DNA from: Utricularia gibba
Lineage: Eukaryota > Plantae > Magnoliophyta
DNA: 64,000 nucleotides
Assembly: GCA_002189035.1 (NCBI GenBank)
Contig: NEEC01000010.1
Coordinates: 3,348,001-3,412,000, forward strand
Reading direction: 5' to 3'
Part shown: positions 37,055-50,604 of the stretch, piece after piece
How positions within the stretch are numbered: the stretch's first letter is position 1
Layout of the letters: each line of letters begins with the position of its first letter
The notes under the pieces: generated by a model
What the model was told of the DNA's origin: nothing
Databases searched by the model: none
The model's input: the letters and a program-made list of their open reading frames with translations, nothing else
Program-made: the position numbers and the translations under genes

Positions 37055-40000
37055 TCATGGTGAGGTTGAGATGGAGGAGGTACCCGCCGCTTGCACCTCG
37101 TCTGTGAAACCAAAATTCTTGAACACACCCTGAAGGCATCCATGACGCGATAAAATAGGGTAAAGTTGGTTGGTTAATACAATGTGTATATGAAGGTATA
37201 CCAATGCATCGTTGATTGCTAGTGCCACACAGTAGTGTTCCTGAGAGGCAAGAGAATTTACGACAGTGAAAACATTTGCAAAAGGATCTCATGCTTTTGG
37301 GTCGCAAGAGAAAAGCTAGAGATGCTTGCCTGCATCATGTACCACTCTTCAAACTCATCGAATATTTCCAAACGTTCGATCCTGATCACAGGTGAAGATG
37401 AGAAGCGACTAAGAAGAATCTCCAAATAAAGATAAAAGAAGGCAAGAAAGTGCGCTAGGCGTGTGTGAAAAGTGCCTTTCCAAAAACACGAGAAAAGCTC
37501 GAGGGGATACAGGCAGTAAAGATCCTTACTTAGATTAAATTGGCGGAAAAAGTAAGAATTACAGCAGACACACTGCAAGATCCACAGTGCTCGGTTTAAA
37601 TGGATTCCAACGAGTTCTAGGTAAACTTTTAACAACAAAATAGGATATTTTGGTTCATATTTCCAAAAAATTAATGTACAGATATTCATTTCCAGTAAAC
37701 TGCTACTTCTAACTATCAAAGACCAAATTCTGGACATGCGCCGGCTTCAAGGAAGCGCTTTTTTTTTTTTTTTTGAACAGAGTAATATCAAGGGTCATAC
37801 ATACAGTTGACCGCGATGACAGGTTCGTAAGTATTTTTTTCAAGATGGGAACATCTCATACCTGCGTCTCTCTTGGGGTTCAATCAGTGTGCTATAAACC
37901 TTCAGCATATCCCACGCAACTGCTCTCTAAAAGATCTCCACAGATTAAAACTAGAAATTGAAGTATGGTTCTAAAAGAGGCAGCAGCAAGTCCTCTATCA
38001 TCGAAAAATGCATATGAGAAACTTATGGATGGCCAACATTCCATAGAAACGATGCGTGTACATAACAGCATACAATTATACAACCAGAAATACAAGATGG
38101 GAGATACTTTAAGCACAGGTAGACTACCTGCCATCCCCTATCAAGAAAAAGCCTTTCCTTCGCATATAAAGTTGGCGTAGCATGAATGCCCAATAGTGCA
38201 CATCCACGATTCTACAGCCAAAAAGTGACTTCAATATTAGGTGCTAGAGGAGCGAGGACCCAATCACAGCAACGAATGAAGAGTCCACCAAAATTGAATG
38301 GGTATGAGAATAGCAGAGAAATACCTCCAAATTTCTAATCATTTGATGCCCAAAAGCATCATCTGGACGAATCTTTGGTAGCAGAAGGATACCAACGTCA
38401 ACATATCATCAAGGTGAGTTAGAAGAAAGTGAAAAATGAAACATTTAAAAAAACAGACCTGCTCATACAGGAAAAACACAGCTGTGGAAAATTTTCCAGA
38501 GGCCCATTCAACAATAGCGCTACTGAACTCAGGATTTAGGTATATGAGAACACATTCTGCAATAATGAATGTTGGCAAACTGATACAAACATCAGAACAA
38601 GAAGTTGATTTATCGGGAAAATAAAGAAACGAACGCGGCCCAACCAACGAAATCAGGGCATTAATGTGTGAAATTATTCGTGGGTAAGCAACTGAGAGAA
38701 AAGAAGACGGAAATCTAAAAGGTCATACACCTTGGATCAATATCCGCCAAAGAAATTATATCATCAAGCCTTTGAATGCAGCGCAGATCAATGGGGAGAA
38801 GTTTGTATTGATTGCTAAGAACTTCACCGTTTTCTAAATAACCAGGACACCATCCACAGTGAGAACAACTCGAGTAGAAAATAACAGAAGAGAACTGCCC
38901 CTTTCAGAAGCAAATATCATTACCCTGAGAGATCGATGCATCTTCGCCAACTTTATCTCTCAAGGGAGCACAATGTTCAATAATAGCAGCTTTCTTACTA
39001 GTCACCTGATACAAAGGAGAACGAGATTATGAAAGGGAGATGCTTACCTATTGTAATGAAAGGAGAACCAGGTTTCAATTTTAATCTCAATTGCAATGCA
39101 TAGTGAAAAAAAAGAGAGAGAGAGAGAGAGAGAAAGTGCAATGAAGATTTAACCATTCAAATTATAATGACCACTTGAATTACTTAGAAAGAATAAATCC
39201 ACCTCTTTGAAATCCACTTCCACATAACGGTGAGGAGCTTTACCTTCATCCTGGAAGGGAACAGGAAAAACTTTAACTCTTTGAAATCGCATGAAGCCAA
39301 GAGAGATCAAAATGGACTTGGTATCGTAAGTATTATCAACCAGTACATCAAAAAGAAGACAAACGAGAATCAACAACCTGCAACTGAAAAAACGTGGTAT
39401 CAAAGCCAGCGCCAAGTGATAGTATTTGCTTCTGGTTGACTTTCTGATCCGTATTTATGTCACAATCAAGAAAATCAGAAAGAAATTTCTGCAACACCGC
39501 GTAGCGAGCAAAATACCCTTCACATTAATCCAGAGAAATTATAGTAAAATATCCACACAACTCATGCTGCCCGTAAAGTAAATTGCCCCTGTCATACCAC
39601 GATTAATAATAGGAGATCGCCTCACTGGCTTCTTCACAAAAAAACGAACAAATTCATCTGTCATGTATCCCTTCTGAACGCAAGACCTTTCAATTCGAAA
39701 ATAGAAAGGAACAAAATGAGCACCAAAAAACATTCCGAACTAGAAAAAACAATAAGATGATTTTAACCGATCAAATGAAATGATCACACTTCCTCTGTGT
39801 AATAAACAAAGAGGGACTTATAGGCGATTCGTACAGCGCGGGCGCTGATTCAAAATACTTCGCTAAAGAAGGTACCGATTTACCACGCTACTGATAATTT
39901 CAACGAGAAGACAAGTTTCAAGAAATTCCACCACCAGAGCAACAATCGGAACAGACAGAACAGAGAGAGAGAGGGAGGGATAAGAGACCGTACAACTTGC

Positions 40001-40073
40001 TGGCGGAGGCGTCATCGTTCGTCGCCTGAACCGCTGCACTGTTGCTCCGCCAACTGGTTGCCGATTTCGCCAT
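37055..40073 (-). CDS. LCMT1: Leucine carboxyl methyltransferase 1 (PP2A-C methylase; SBI1-like)
   Basis: [22 protein letters not shown]; [13 protein letters not shown]; [16 protein letters not shown]; [11 protein letters not shown]; [23 protein letters not shown]; stop TGA 37055-37057. Confidence 0.93.
39110..39132. repeat. (GA)n microsatellite in an LCMT1 intron
   Basis: Run of AG dinucleotides visible in the sequence. Confidence 0.8.
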
Positions 40074-40184
40074 GGTCTCCGGTAACAGTCTCTCAAATGG
40101 AAGTTGAGACAAAAAAAAAAAAATCTTGAAAAAGATCTCCAAAAGCGCAGTTCGAGGGAGAATACCGCGCCGTGCCCCAGGAAA

Positions 40185-40310
40185 GGATACCTGGGCTGGA
40201 AGACACTAAAATGGGCCTGACCCGAGGAAATGGTGTTTTTTAAATAATAACAAAAATAATAAATTTTCCTAAACCCAACCGTAAAACCGCAGTTCGTAAA
40301 ACCCTCTGGC
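40185..40310. promoter_or_regulatory. Very short bidirectional promoter (250 bp between ATGs) of LCMT1 and mTERF
   Basis: ATG 40073 (-) and ATG 40324 (+). TGGGCT 40192-40197, TGGGCC 40212-40217 and telo-box-like AAACCC motifs near 40272 and 40298. Confidence 0.55.
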
Positions 40311-40323
40311 ACAATGAAAGAAG

Positions 40324-42027
40324 ATGATGGCACGACGTGCCGCCGGAGCGGCGGCAGCCGCGTTATTTGGCGCCGCGGAGGAAGTCCGTACCCGTATGTT
40401 TTCGGTCACGGCTACTTCTGGACTTGGACGGAAGGCCTTTTGGAGGATCCCTCGTAGGCAGAGGTCTAGAGCTGTTGAAGAACTGCAGAAAGGGCTCGCT
40501 GATTACCTCCATACAACCCGTTCTTTACCTTTTACTTACGCAGATTGTATAGCGAGAAATTCCCGGCAGTCTTTGGCGAAGGCTGTCTCGGAAATCCCGT
40601 TTACACGTTCAACTTATGCCAGTTTTTTCCAGCGGTTTCTCAGGTACAATCCCATTAACGAGCTCGAATTCTTCTTTGAAAGCATAGGCTTGTCTTGTCG
40701 AGAAATTGCTATCCCACCTTCTATTTTGCCTCCCGAAGAAATGTTTCTTTCGGATTGGAAACATTTTGATGTGTTCCGCTCTGCGGCGGCGATGGGTTTC
40801 CCATGGAATAAATTGGGTCTGTTGTGTAAAGATGGTTTCTTGATATGTAATGTCAGTCCTGTGGAATTACAGGGCAACATTAAAGACATGAAGGACAAAT
40901 ATGGATTTGATAGTCGTAGTGTGATAGGCATATGTTTAGCTTTTCCTTCAGTTTTGTATGGGAAGATGGAAAAGGATAGAGTTTTAAGCAATCTGAAAAC
41001 TTTACTGTTGGATAGTGGTATGCTGAACACCGTGGATGGCGATGTGGATTCCGTGTTTGATATTTGTGAAAAGGTTGAGATGTTCTTCAACTTGAGCTGC
41101 GAGATGGAGAAGCTTGTGGAGTTGATGGTAAGAAGCAAGGGCATTTTCACAGAGCATTCTAAAGAGGTTTTGCGCAGCAAGATTAGCTATTTCTCCAATT
41201 TTGGAGTTCAGAAGGATCAAGTTGGATTTCTGCTTCTTTCAAGACCAGAAATCTTTAGTATTGATTTTGGTGGAAACCAGATCATTTCGGTTTCAGGATT
41301 TCTAGAGCACTTGGGGTTCACAAAAGGGCAGGTGAGATCTCTTAAGCAGAAGTATCCTTACGTTTTTGGTAGGAACAGCTTAGCTAATTTTCCTTCCATA
41401 TTGAGGTCAATGGATCTTGGCCAATGGTTCTTTGAAAGAGTGAAATGTGGGGATCTGTCTCTGCTCGGCACCTATAGCATCAGCCCCATGGAGGACGTGG
41501 ATCAGAAGTATATGGATAACATGAGCAGAATACGGGGCATGAGAATATACCGTCGCATGCTCAAGAAACTGAGTTTCATGCACAGCATCGGCTTCGGGGA
41601 GAACAGATACGCTGTGAGAGCCTTGTACATATTAACCAGCAACGGCGACCAACTGCAGCAGCGATTCGATTGCCTTCTCGACTTCGGGATCGAGTTCCCA
41701 AAGCTGTGCAGATTAGTGAGCATTTGCCCCAGGATTCTCAACCACCAAAAAAACCATCTTGTGGAAAACCTGGTGTTCCTGTGCACAGAGATGGGGATGC
41801 CGGTGGACGTCCTTGATGATTTTCCTGCGTATCTGTGCTACAGCTTAGAGAAGCGAATTAAGCCTAGATATGAAATCCTGAAGCGGCTCATAGAGCATGG
41901 GCTTGCCGAGCAACAGTACGCCCTCTCTACAGTGATCACCCGAAGCGACAGAACTTTCTTCGCCCGTCTCTCCCGCGCGTTGAAGAGATGCGGAAGCATG
42001 GCATGTGATCCCCCAACTGGGCAATGA
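40324..42027 (+). CDS. Organellar mTERF-family protein (mTERF18-like), intronless
   Basis: 567-aa ORF with an Arg/Ala-rich presequence; LADYLHTTRSLPFTYADCIARNS, LRYNPINELEFFFESIGL and mTERF repeats (FPAYLCYSLEKRIKPRY). Confidence 0.88.
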   Translation: MMARRAAGAAAAALFGAAEEVRTRMFSVTATSGLGRKAFWRIPRRQRSRAVEELQKGLADYLHTTRSLPFTYADCIARNSRQSLAKAVSEIPFTRSTYASFFQRFLRYNPINELEFFFESIGLSCREIAIPPSILPPEEMFLSDWKHFDVFRSAAAMGFPWNKLGLLCKDGFLICNVSPVELQGNIKDMKDKYGFDSRSVIGICLAFPSVLYGKMEKDRVLSNLKTLLLDSGMLNTVDGDVDSVFDICEKVEMFFNLSCEMEKLVELMVRSKGIFTEHSKEVLRSKISYFSNFGVQKDQVGFLLLSRPEIFSIDFGGNQIISVSGFLEHLGFTKGQVRSLKQKYPYVFGRNSLANFPSILRSMDLGQWFFERVKCGDLSLLGTYSISPMEDVDQKYMDNMSRIRGMRIYRRMLKKLSFMHSIGFGENRYAVRALYILTSNGDQLQQRFDCLLDFGIEFPKLCRLVSICPRILNHQKNHLVENLVFLCTEMGMPVDVLDDFPAYLCYSLEKRIKPRYEILKRLIEHGLAEQQYALSTVITRSDRTFFARLSRALKRCGSMACDPPTGQ

Positions 42028-43402
42028 AAATGCCGGCCGCAGTCCGTGATGTACGGATGTATGTAAAGCTGTGAAAATGCCTCGTCTCGTCCGGTCCATC
42101 ATGTTGTACAATGCTGTTGGTATCTGTGAGACGCTGATTCGCACTCTTCCTCTCCCTGTACTTCCATGGGAATGGGAGGGATCACATCGAACACCACATG
42201 CAGTTGAATTCTCAAGGGACGCAAATCCCAATGGGGGAGATGCAGAAATCTCTGTCTCCTAAACATTCCTTCTATTACATGTACTTTGTTGATAAAAAGA
42301 AATGGCGACTCCAAGGTACATTCTTCCCATCAAAAAGGCGTTCTAAGGTTGCCTTTCTTTAACTCACTCGCATTGTGGTCGTTGCCGATGAGGTTCTTGT
42401 CGTACAAGGCCCTCAAGGCGTGGCTCCGATCGACGCCCGCGGTGGGCTGCGATGAGACGGAGTTCACGAGGGCGTCGGATGGACAAATTCAACGTCTTGG
42501 TCATAAGGTGAAAGACATGGTGTGTTGGGAAAAATCGACTGGATGAATATTCAAACACAGAGAGAGAGAGGAACTAACGTTGGAGGAAGACAGAGCAGTG
42601 GATGTATTTTGCTGGTAACAGGGCCAGTTAATGTATCTACATGGGCTGGGCTAATAATATCTTCGGTTTTGTTTTGAGTATGTCTGGGCCCAATACAAAT
42701 ATGTTGCACATCAATGTGCATCAACTTATCTGAAATTCTTCTTACAGCCGTAATGTGCTTTTGTTGTTTGGTGAATCTTGAGCACACGCGTTCCTTTGTC
42801 CCTTGTGTTATTGTAGGAATTAAACACGTCATTCGGAAGAAGGGCGCCCAAAAAAGATGGAGCCGAGGGATCTCATGGCAAATATAAGAAACGGCGTCGT
42901 CAACTACTCTTTCGCTATGGCTACGTCAGTCAGAGTCCAGGTATCTGCTCTAGCGCGGCATTGTACGGATGCAGGCTTGCCCAACATATCGAAAAAGTAT
43001 GACGATAAGAGTACAGGAGGGAGGGGGGGGGTTTGCTTGCTTCATCGGAAAAGGTCGTGGGGGCAGCCGTTTTTTGCAACCCCCCAGCGGATCTCGAAGC
43101 TGGTGAAGGCGTGGGAGAACCGCCGGGATTCCTCCGGCTGGAGAAGGGAATCAGGAGGCTGTTGAGTTGTGTTGATTCCCGGACTGACTTTGCTTACACA
43201 ACAAGACGTGTATTGGGATGCGATGTTTGTGTAACATATCATTCTGAAAAAAAAAAAGGGGATAGTTTTCTCTATTCCTTAACTTGGTACAACATTTCTC
43301 TATCAACATCTTCAATTGAATGATAGTAAGAGTGAAAAACAAAAGAAAAGAAGGAATGAATGAAGAAAGGTATGTGGATGAATGAATAACGCATGGGAGT
43401 GG

Positions 43403-43606
43403 TCAGTGGCCGGGTCCCTTGGGGCTCGGGCCCGAGGCGAGCCGCTGCAGCCAACCCGACATGGCGGCAGGCAAAGCGGCGAAGTCGACACCGCTGGGCC
43501 GGAAATCAACGAGTTGGATATGGCTCGAGGGCGGCGGCCTCGCTGCCTCCACCGTGACGACCAACAGCACAAGGAGGACGAGGAAAAGAGTGCGTCTCTG
43601 GAGCAT
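43403..43606 (-). CDS. PIP1: PAMP-induced secreted peptide precursor (PIP/PIPL family), 67 aa
   Basis: Signal peptide MLQRRTLFLVLLVLLVVTVEA-ARP; C-terminal RLASGPSPKGPGH then stop, matching the PIP1-type SGPS-x-GPGH motif; TATAAA on minus strand at 43654-43649. Confidence 0.88.
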   Translation of the reverse strand: MLQRRTLFLVLLVLLVVTVEAARPPPSSHIQLVDFRPSGVDFAALPAAMSGWLQRLASGPSPKGPGH

Positions 43607-43724
43607 CACTTTTGGGGTGGGAAGAAGGTGCATGAAGTGGGGGCTGGATTTATAGGGAAGGAGGATGACACGCCGTTGTTGAAAATGTCAGCCCAAGAGA
43701 GTAGAACAGCTTAATCAATTCAAC

Positions 43725-43905
43725 AGTCAAGCATATTGACCGAGAACAAGTAGCCTTTCCGACAAGACAAATATTACATGCATGAAAACTCCACACATTT
43801 TCACCAACCCGATTACGCCTAAAACCACTTAATATGAAAAAAATAAGGACGAATATGCCCTCCCCCAACCACCCCAAATACATCACAATATGATTGACTT
43901 TGACC
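43725..43905. promoter_or_regulatory. W-box (TTGACY) cluster upstream of the PIP gene
   Basis: AGTCAA 43725-43730, TTGACC 43736-43741, TTGACT 43894-43899 and TTGACC 43900-43905. Further TTGACT at 44069 and 44253. Confidence 0.6.
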
Positions 43906-44201
43906 ATACTATTAAAAAGTTTGTATTTGGTAGCGTTGAATATGTCATTCTTTGTACGGGTGGTTGTTCTCTTTCAGGTACAATGAAAATGTACAAAAAA
44001 AGAGGCATACTTTTCTTGGCTTAGAAGTCGGATCAAAAGTCCGAGTTTCCATGTTCAGACATGGAGCTTTGACTGCGGTCATATTGGGGTACAATATTGT
44101 GCATTTACGATTTTATCCTTTCGGGAGTTGACGAAGAGACAAGAAACACGCGTTTATGGAAAGGGAAAACCCGCTTTTTAATATCCAAGTATCTATCCAC
44201 T

Positions 44202-44225
44202 GTGAGAGAGAGAGAGAGAGGAGAG
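44202..44225. repeat. (GA)n microsatellite just upstream of the FKBP16-3 start
   Basis: GAGAGAGA tract about 55 nt before ATG 44280. Confidence 0.75.
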
Positions 44226-44279
44226 GAGATTTGTTGTTGATAAGTGCTCTTCTTGACTTGCTATCTCCGTTGTACGGAC

Positions 44280-45758
44280 ATGGCATCAGCAACGTCCCTG
44301 TGTTCACTCGGTAATTGCCTGCAACCCCTGCCTGCCGCTTTTGATTCTTGTTCGCCTCTGATTTCTGGGGAATGTGCCTTTTCTTTGAATTTGGGCAAAT
44401 GGTGAGGTGGGTGCTGTTCGTTTGAACTTTTTTTTCAAGTCAAATGATTAGTATGAGATTGTGTGCAATTGTTTGTGAAGGCAGAGCTTGGGAATGAAAA
44501 TTGCTTTTTTTTTTCTTATTGAAGAATGGTTAGTTTCTCACCGCTGCTTGTGTGACAGTTCATTTGACTCAAAACTTGTTTCTGTTCAGGTGGTAGATTT
44601 AATCAAAGGGATTTTACAGCGTGTGGATTTGGCAGCAAAACCAAAAACAAAACCAATGTGGTTCTGTGGATGCATTCCTTTGGTTTGGACCCTTTGAAGA
44701 GCAGTGAGCGCGTGGTTCGGTGTCATTGCTTAAACCGCAGAAACGTAGTCATCTTGGCACCAACTCTTCTAATTGCTTCACCCTTTGCTAAAGCAGCTGG
44801 TCTTCCGCCTGAAGAGAAACCAAAGCTTTGTGACTTAGCATGTGAGCAAGAGCTTGAGAATGTACAGTGAAGCAACATTACTCCCTGCACTTTAGCATTT
44901 AGTAAAATAAGTTCTCTCCTAATCTCATAAGGGTCTTGTCGTGCTGTCGAATACACTAACCCTGTTAGTTCCCATGTGGAGATCCCAACTAATTATTTTT
45001 TTCTTCATGGAGTTGCCTACTGTGACTACCGAGTCTGGGTTGCAGTACAAGGATATTAGAGTTGGAGGAGGACCAAGTCCCCCTGTTGGTTTTCAGGTAT
45101 TAAATGCTGAATGAATGGTTTGTGTTTTTCCCCCCTGAGGCACATCAATAATCCATTCACACCTCTACAGGTAGCTGCAAACTATGTTGCAATGGTTCCA
45201 TCAGGTCAAATATTTGACAGGTTAACAGCTTTTACTTTGGGTACACTAAAATGAAATCCGAATCAGCTGGAACCATTGCCACTGTTTGTCTTGATTGCTG
45301 TTTTTCAGTTCACTGGAGAAAGGCACGCCATATATTTTCCGTGTTGGTGCCGGGCAGGTGAGTTATGATATAGCAGTTTATCATATCGAGGTTGCTCTGT
45401 AACTTAATGACCTTAGCAATAGACTGTGTAACGCAAGTTCCATCATCTGCTCTCATTCTTTGTGCTAAGATTTGGGGTGAAAAGTGGTAATGGTATGAGC
45501 AGGTGATTAAGGGACTTGATGAAGGAATCCTGAGCATGAAAGCTGGGGGCAAACGCCGTCTCTACATTCCAGGGCCTGTAAGCACCATTTCGTTCATTGG
45601 ATTTGAATGCAGTTGTCCATTCATTCACTTCACTTGATCAGCTGGCGTTCCCAAAAGGCCTTTCCTCAGCCCCCGGACGTCCCCGGGTCGGAGCCAACAC
45701 TCCGGTCGTCTTCGATGTCAGCTTGGAGTACATTCCGGGTCTGGATGAGGAAGAGTAG
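44280..45758 (+). CDS. FKBP16-3: Chloroplast thylakoid-lumen FKBP-type peptidyl-prolyl isomerase
   Basis: RR lumenal signal then AGLPPEEKPKLCDLACEQELEN; TTESGLQYKDIRVG; VAANYVAMVPSGQIFDSSLEKG; VIKGLDEGILSMKAGGKRRLYIPG; FDVSLEYIPGL. Seven exons in phase. Confidence 0.9.
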
Positions 45759-46084
45759 TCGCAATCCACAACAAAACTCAAATTTTGCTCTTCAGTTCAT
45801 ACATTTTGTATCATATGTGATGATCCACGCATTCCAAATACGTGACAATCTATACACTCCAACCATGTTGAATTTGACATACAAAAGATTAGGGCTGCAG
45901 TGATCCAACTACAGTAATATAAAGCTCTGTTTTACAAATTACACCCTTGAATCTCACCCAATGAGCTGTGTGTGAGGAGCTGAAGATACACAACGAGGGG
46001 CAGAGTCACCTTTCAGCTGTGGCGATGGAAAGGAAACTCGAATCATGTTGCAAAAAATAAAGAGTGCAGCAGGAGGGGTAAGCA

Positions 46085-48724
46085 TCAGCTGGAGCCGGAC
46101 AAATGACTGGGAGAGTTTTTGAACATTGCGTGCCACATATAAGCTTGAGAAAGCACCATCTCCAGCTCAGTATCTGTCCAGTTGAATGTTGGTAGGTGCT
46201 GGAGAAACATTACCATCTCTTGAAATTCGAGTTTCTGAAGCGAATTAGACCACTGCAGGAAAATTGTACATGGTTAATAAAGAAGCAGATGTAAAGCAGC
46301 AATTATGCACACCAGACTTTTTCTTACAGTTAGAAGGAAGCTGGCAAACATGTAAACCAGAAATTCTGGCAATACATCCCCTTCTGCAAGATATGTGTCC
46401 CATAAACGACTAACAAGATGGAAGGGAATCTAGGGAAAGAAGCATGTAAATTTATCTGTTAGTTTATCTATGGCCTAAGAATAGAGAAAGGAGAGGAGCG
46501 GCAACGAACCTCACGTATGAGAAGGCAGTTGAACCACCTGAAAGCAAACTGAAGAAACTCGAGGCCCTGCTCTTCAATGTGCTTTGACAAAGGTTCTAAC
46601 AAAAAAAAAAAAAAAACCATCAGAAAAATGCTTACAAGGAATATGCATGAAAATTATCAGAAATATTTTTTTGTATTGTTACTTTTGGTTGGCCATACCA
46701 TCAATCCTTCGAACTAATTCCCGTAGCTTAAACACGAGGCGCTGGATTCCAGGCTGAGCAAAAGTGTAATGGTCCTGCATACCGTCAAGTAACTTGGACA
46801 GGCACCAATAACAGTCAGCTTCTACATCAGATATCTTGTCTGGAGGAAGAACATCCATTCTCCACGAATCTATGTTTCCCTCCAAGTGTTCTGACAAAAA
46901 AACCACTAAAAATGGTGTGGCAAGATCATTTATTCCTTGAACGTAACCACTTGCAGGATGCCGTATAGCCCTGTGACACAAACTTCAAACTATCAGCCAC
47001 ATCATGAAAGCACAGAACACTGAACAAAGCAAAGCATTTACCAAATATATAGAATACGCTCCAATGACTTCTGAACTTTCACTTGTTGAAAGAATGAAAC
47101 TTCAGGAACAGTTCTTGGACAATCAACAGATATCTAAGAAATATAGAGAATAAATTATTTTCACCAGGAATATATAAGCTAATGGATAATGATTGATGAC
47201 TATTGTCAAGCTAATTTCATAAAAACCTGCCGAAGCATGTTAATCTCTTCATCAGTGCGCTCAGTGTCAGGAATATCATAATAATTTGCCACACAATCAA
47301 GATACTCCTCCCGCTTTCGTCGAAGGACCCTCTCTCTTCTGTCTGAACTACAGGGAGCATATCCCTGATGATAGTCAACTTCAAGATTCAAAAACAATTC
47401 AGGAATAACATAAGATTAAATGTGTATAATGCAGAACTTGAAATGCGAAATACACAGCCTCGGGATGTAGCTAAATAAGGAAACAAAATGGAAAGACAGA
47501 AAAGACTGATAAATGGAAAGATGATAATACCAAAAGAAGCTTCCACACAGTTGGACGCCAGTGTGGTGGAACTCCATTCCAAGCTAACTCACGTAACGTT
47601 TCTGAAAAGATGAGATGAGATAAAACAGGTAAATCGCATGTGGTGGCACAAACAAAGCACAAAATTTCAAGAAGCACATCAAATCCACAAAATGTACATA
47701 CGATAAATTGCCCTATTATATACTGGCAATTGAGATGAAAACAAAACCAAAAAAAGGTTCGGCGGTCCCAAGTTATGGAAGTTCAATAATAGATAATAAA
47801 GACAACAGATCATGGCAAACTCACACAGCTTCCCCGAATTTCAGAAAAAACGTCAGCTGCAGAAGCAAGAGCAAACCTAAGATTATGGTGGGTGCGCATA
47901 ACTGCTTCTCAAACTTTGTTAGCCTTGCAGAATCTGTCGCTCTAGCCCCAATTGTAGGCTTGTTTGTCACTTTTGATGAGCTTTCAACCTCCGCAGTCGA
48001 AGATTTCATCAGGTGAGATGAAATACCAACAGTGCTACTTTTTTGATGCTCTCCCTAGATGTAAGCAGATCATCTATCATATGAACTTAACATTCTGAAC
48101 AGTCCACTTGAATCAGTTTTCAATATGTGAGGAATGAAATATAAACCTCAGCTAGCAGATCCACATTTGGAGTATCTTCATCATGATTGTCTGAGGATTT
48201 TGTTTCTATCCGTGGAGAATGCAGAAAATAAGGACTAAGCGGATCCGATACCTGTGTTATCAATACCTTGCCAGGAAAACTTCTACCCTTACTCAAGCTG
48301 TAGATTAGAAGAACGGACAGGGTAAAGACACAACTTCCGTGAGAGGAATATATGACGGCATACAATTTACTAAGTTAACAACACACGGCATACGATTCAA
48401 GACACGATTTTACTTGTTCAATAAAAAATGAAAAATAGATTGGTGCCCATCACAGTCTTCCAAACAACGTTTCAACCGGCCCTCTTATCTAACTGAGACA
48501 GCAGTGATTACATTATAAACAGTAGCAGTACCGAACATCAAGAATATCCTTGGTCTCGCAAAAAAAAAAAAAAAGACTTAGAGATCTGACATCAGGAACA
48601 ACATCATTCGCGCATACCCTTGAGCATTCCTGAGTGTATTGTGAAATCTAGAATCAGTAGAAGACGGAGAAACTGGAGCCTCTTTCGTCTGAACGTTGTC
48701 TACAGCTTTGCTAGCGTTCTCCAT
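46085..48724 (-). CDS. TBC-domain Rab GTPase-activating protein (GYP1/TBC1D22-like)
   Basis: DSRFHNTLRNAQG-LSKGRSFPGKVL; LRELAWNGVP; QISVDCPRTVP; AIRHPASGYVQGINDL; DHYTFAQPGIQ; FLQFAFRWFNCLLIRE; RLWDTYLAE. Confidence 0.92.
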
Positions 48725-49061
48725 TTCCGCCTTTACCCTGCCGGATCAGAGCTCCATCTCCGGGGAGTCAGCTCAATTTTTGCTGAAAAGACTGAAAATT
48801 CTGGTTTCAGTCGAACACCATATCGATCGCACTGGCGAAATTAAACCCACTTCTCACCACCGCCTAACTTTACGATTCACTGCAGTTAGAATTATATATT
48901 TATACATTGGCCCCAACACTTCCAAAGAATTTCAAAGCTTCAGAAAATGGGCTTATTATTTGTTGGGCCTGACTAATTGGGCCGCTCAATACAGACAAGT
49001 CCAACGGAGGAAGAGTGCTGGTGTTACATGAACAACTCAAGTGAAGAGCTGAGATCTGCCA

Positions 49062-50604
<1,543 letters not shown>

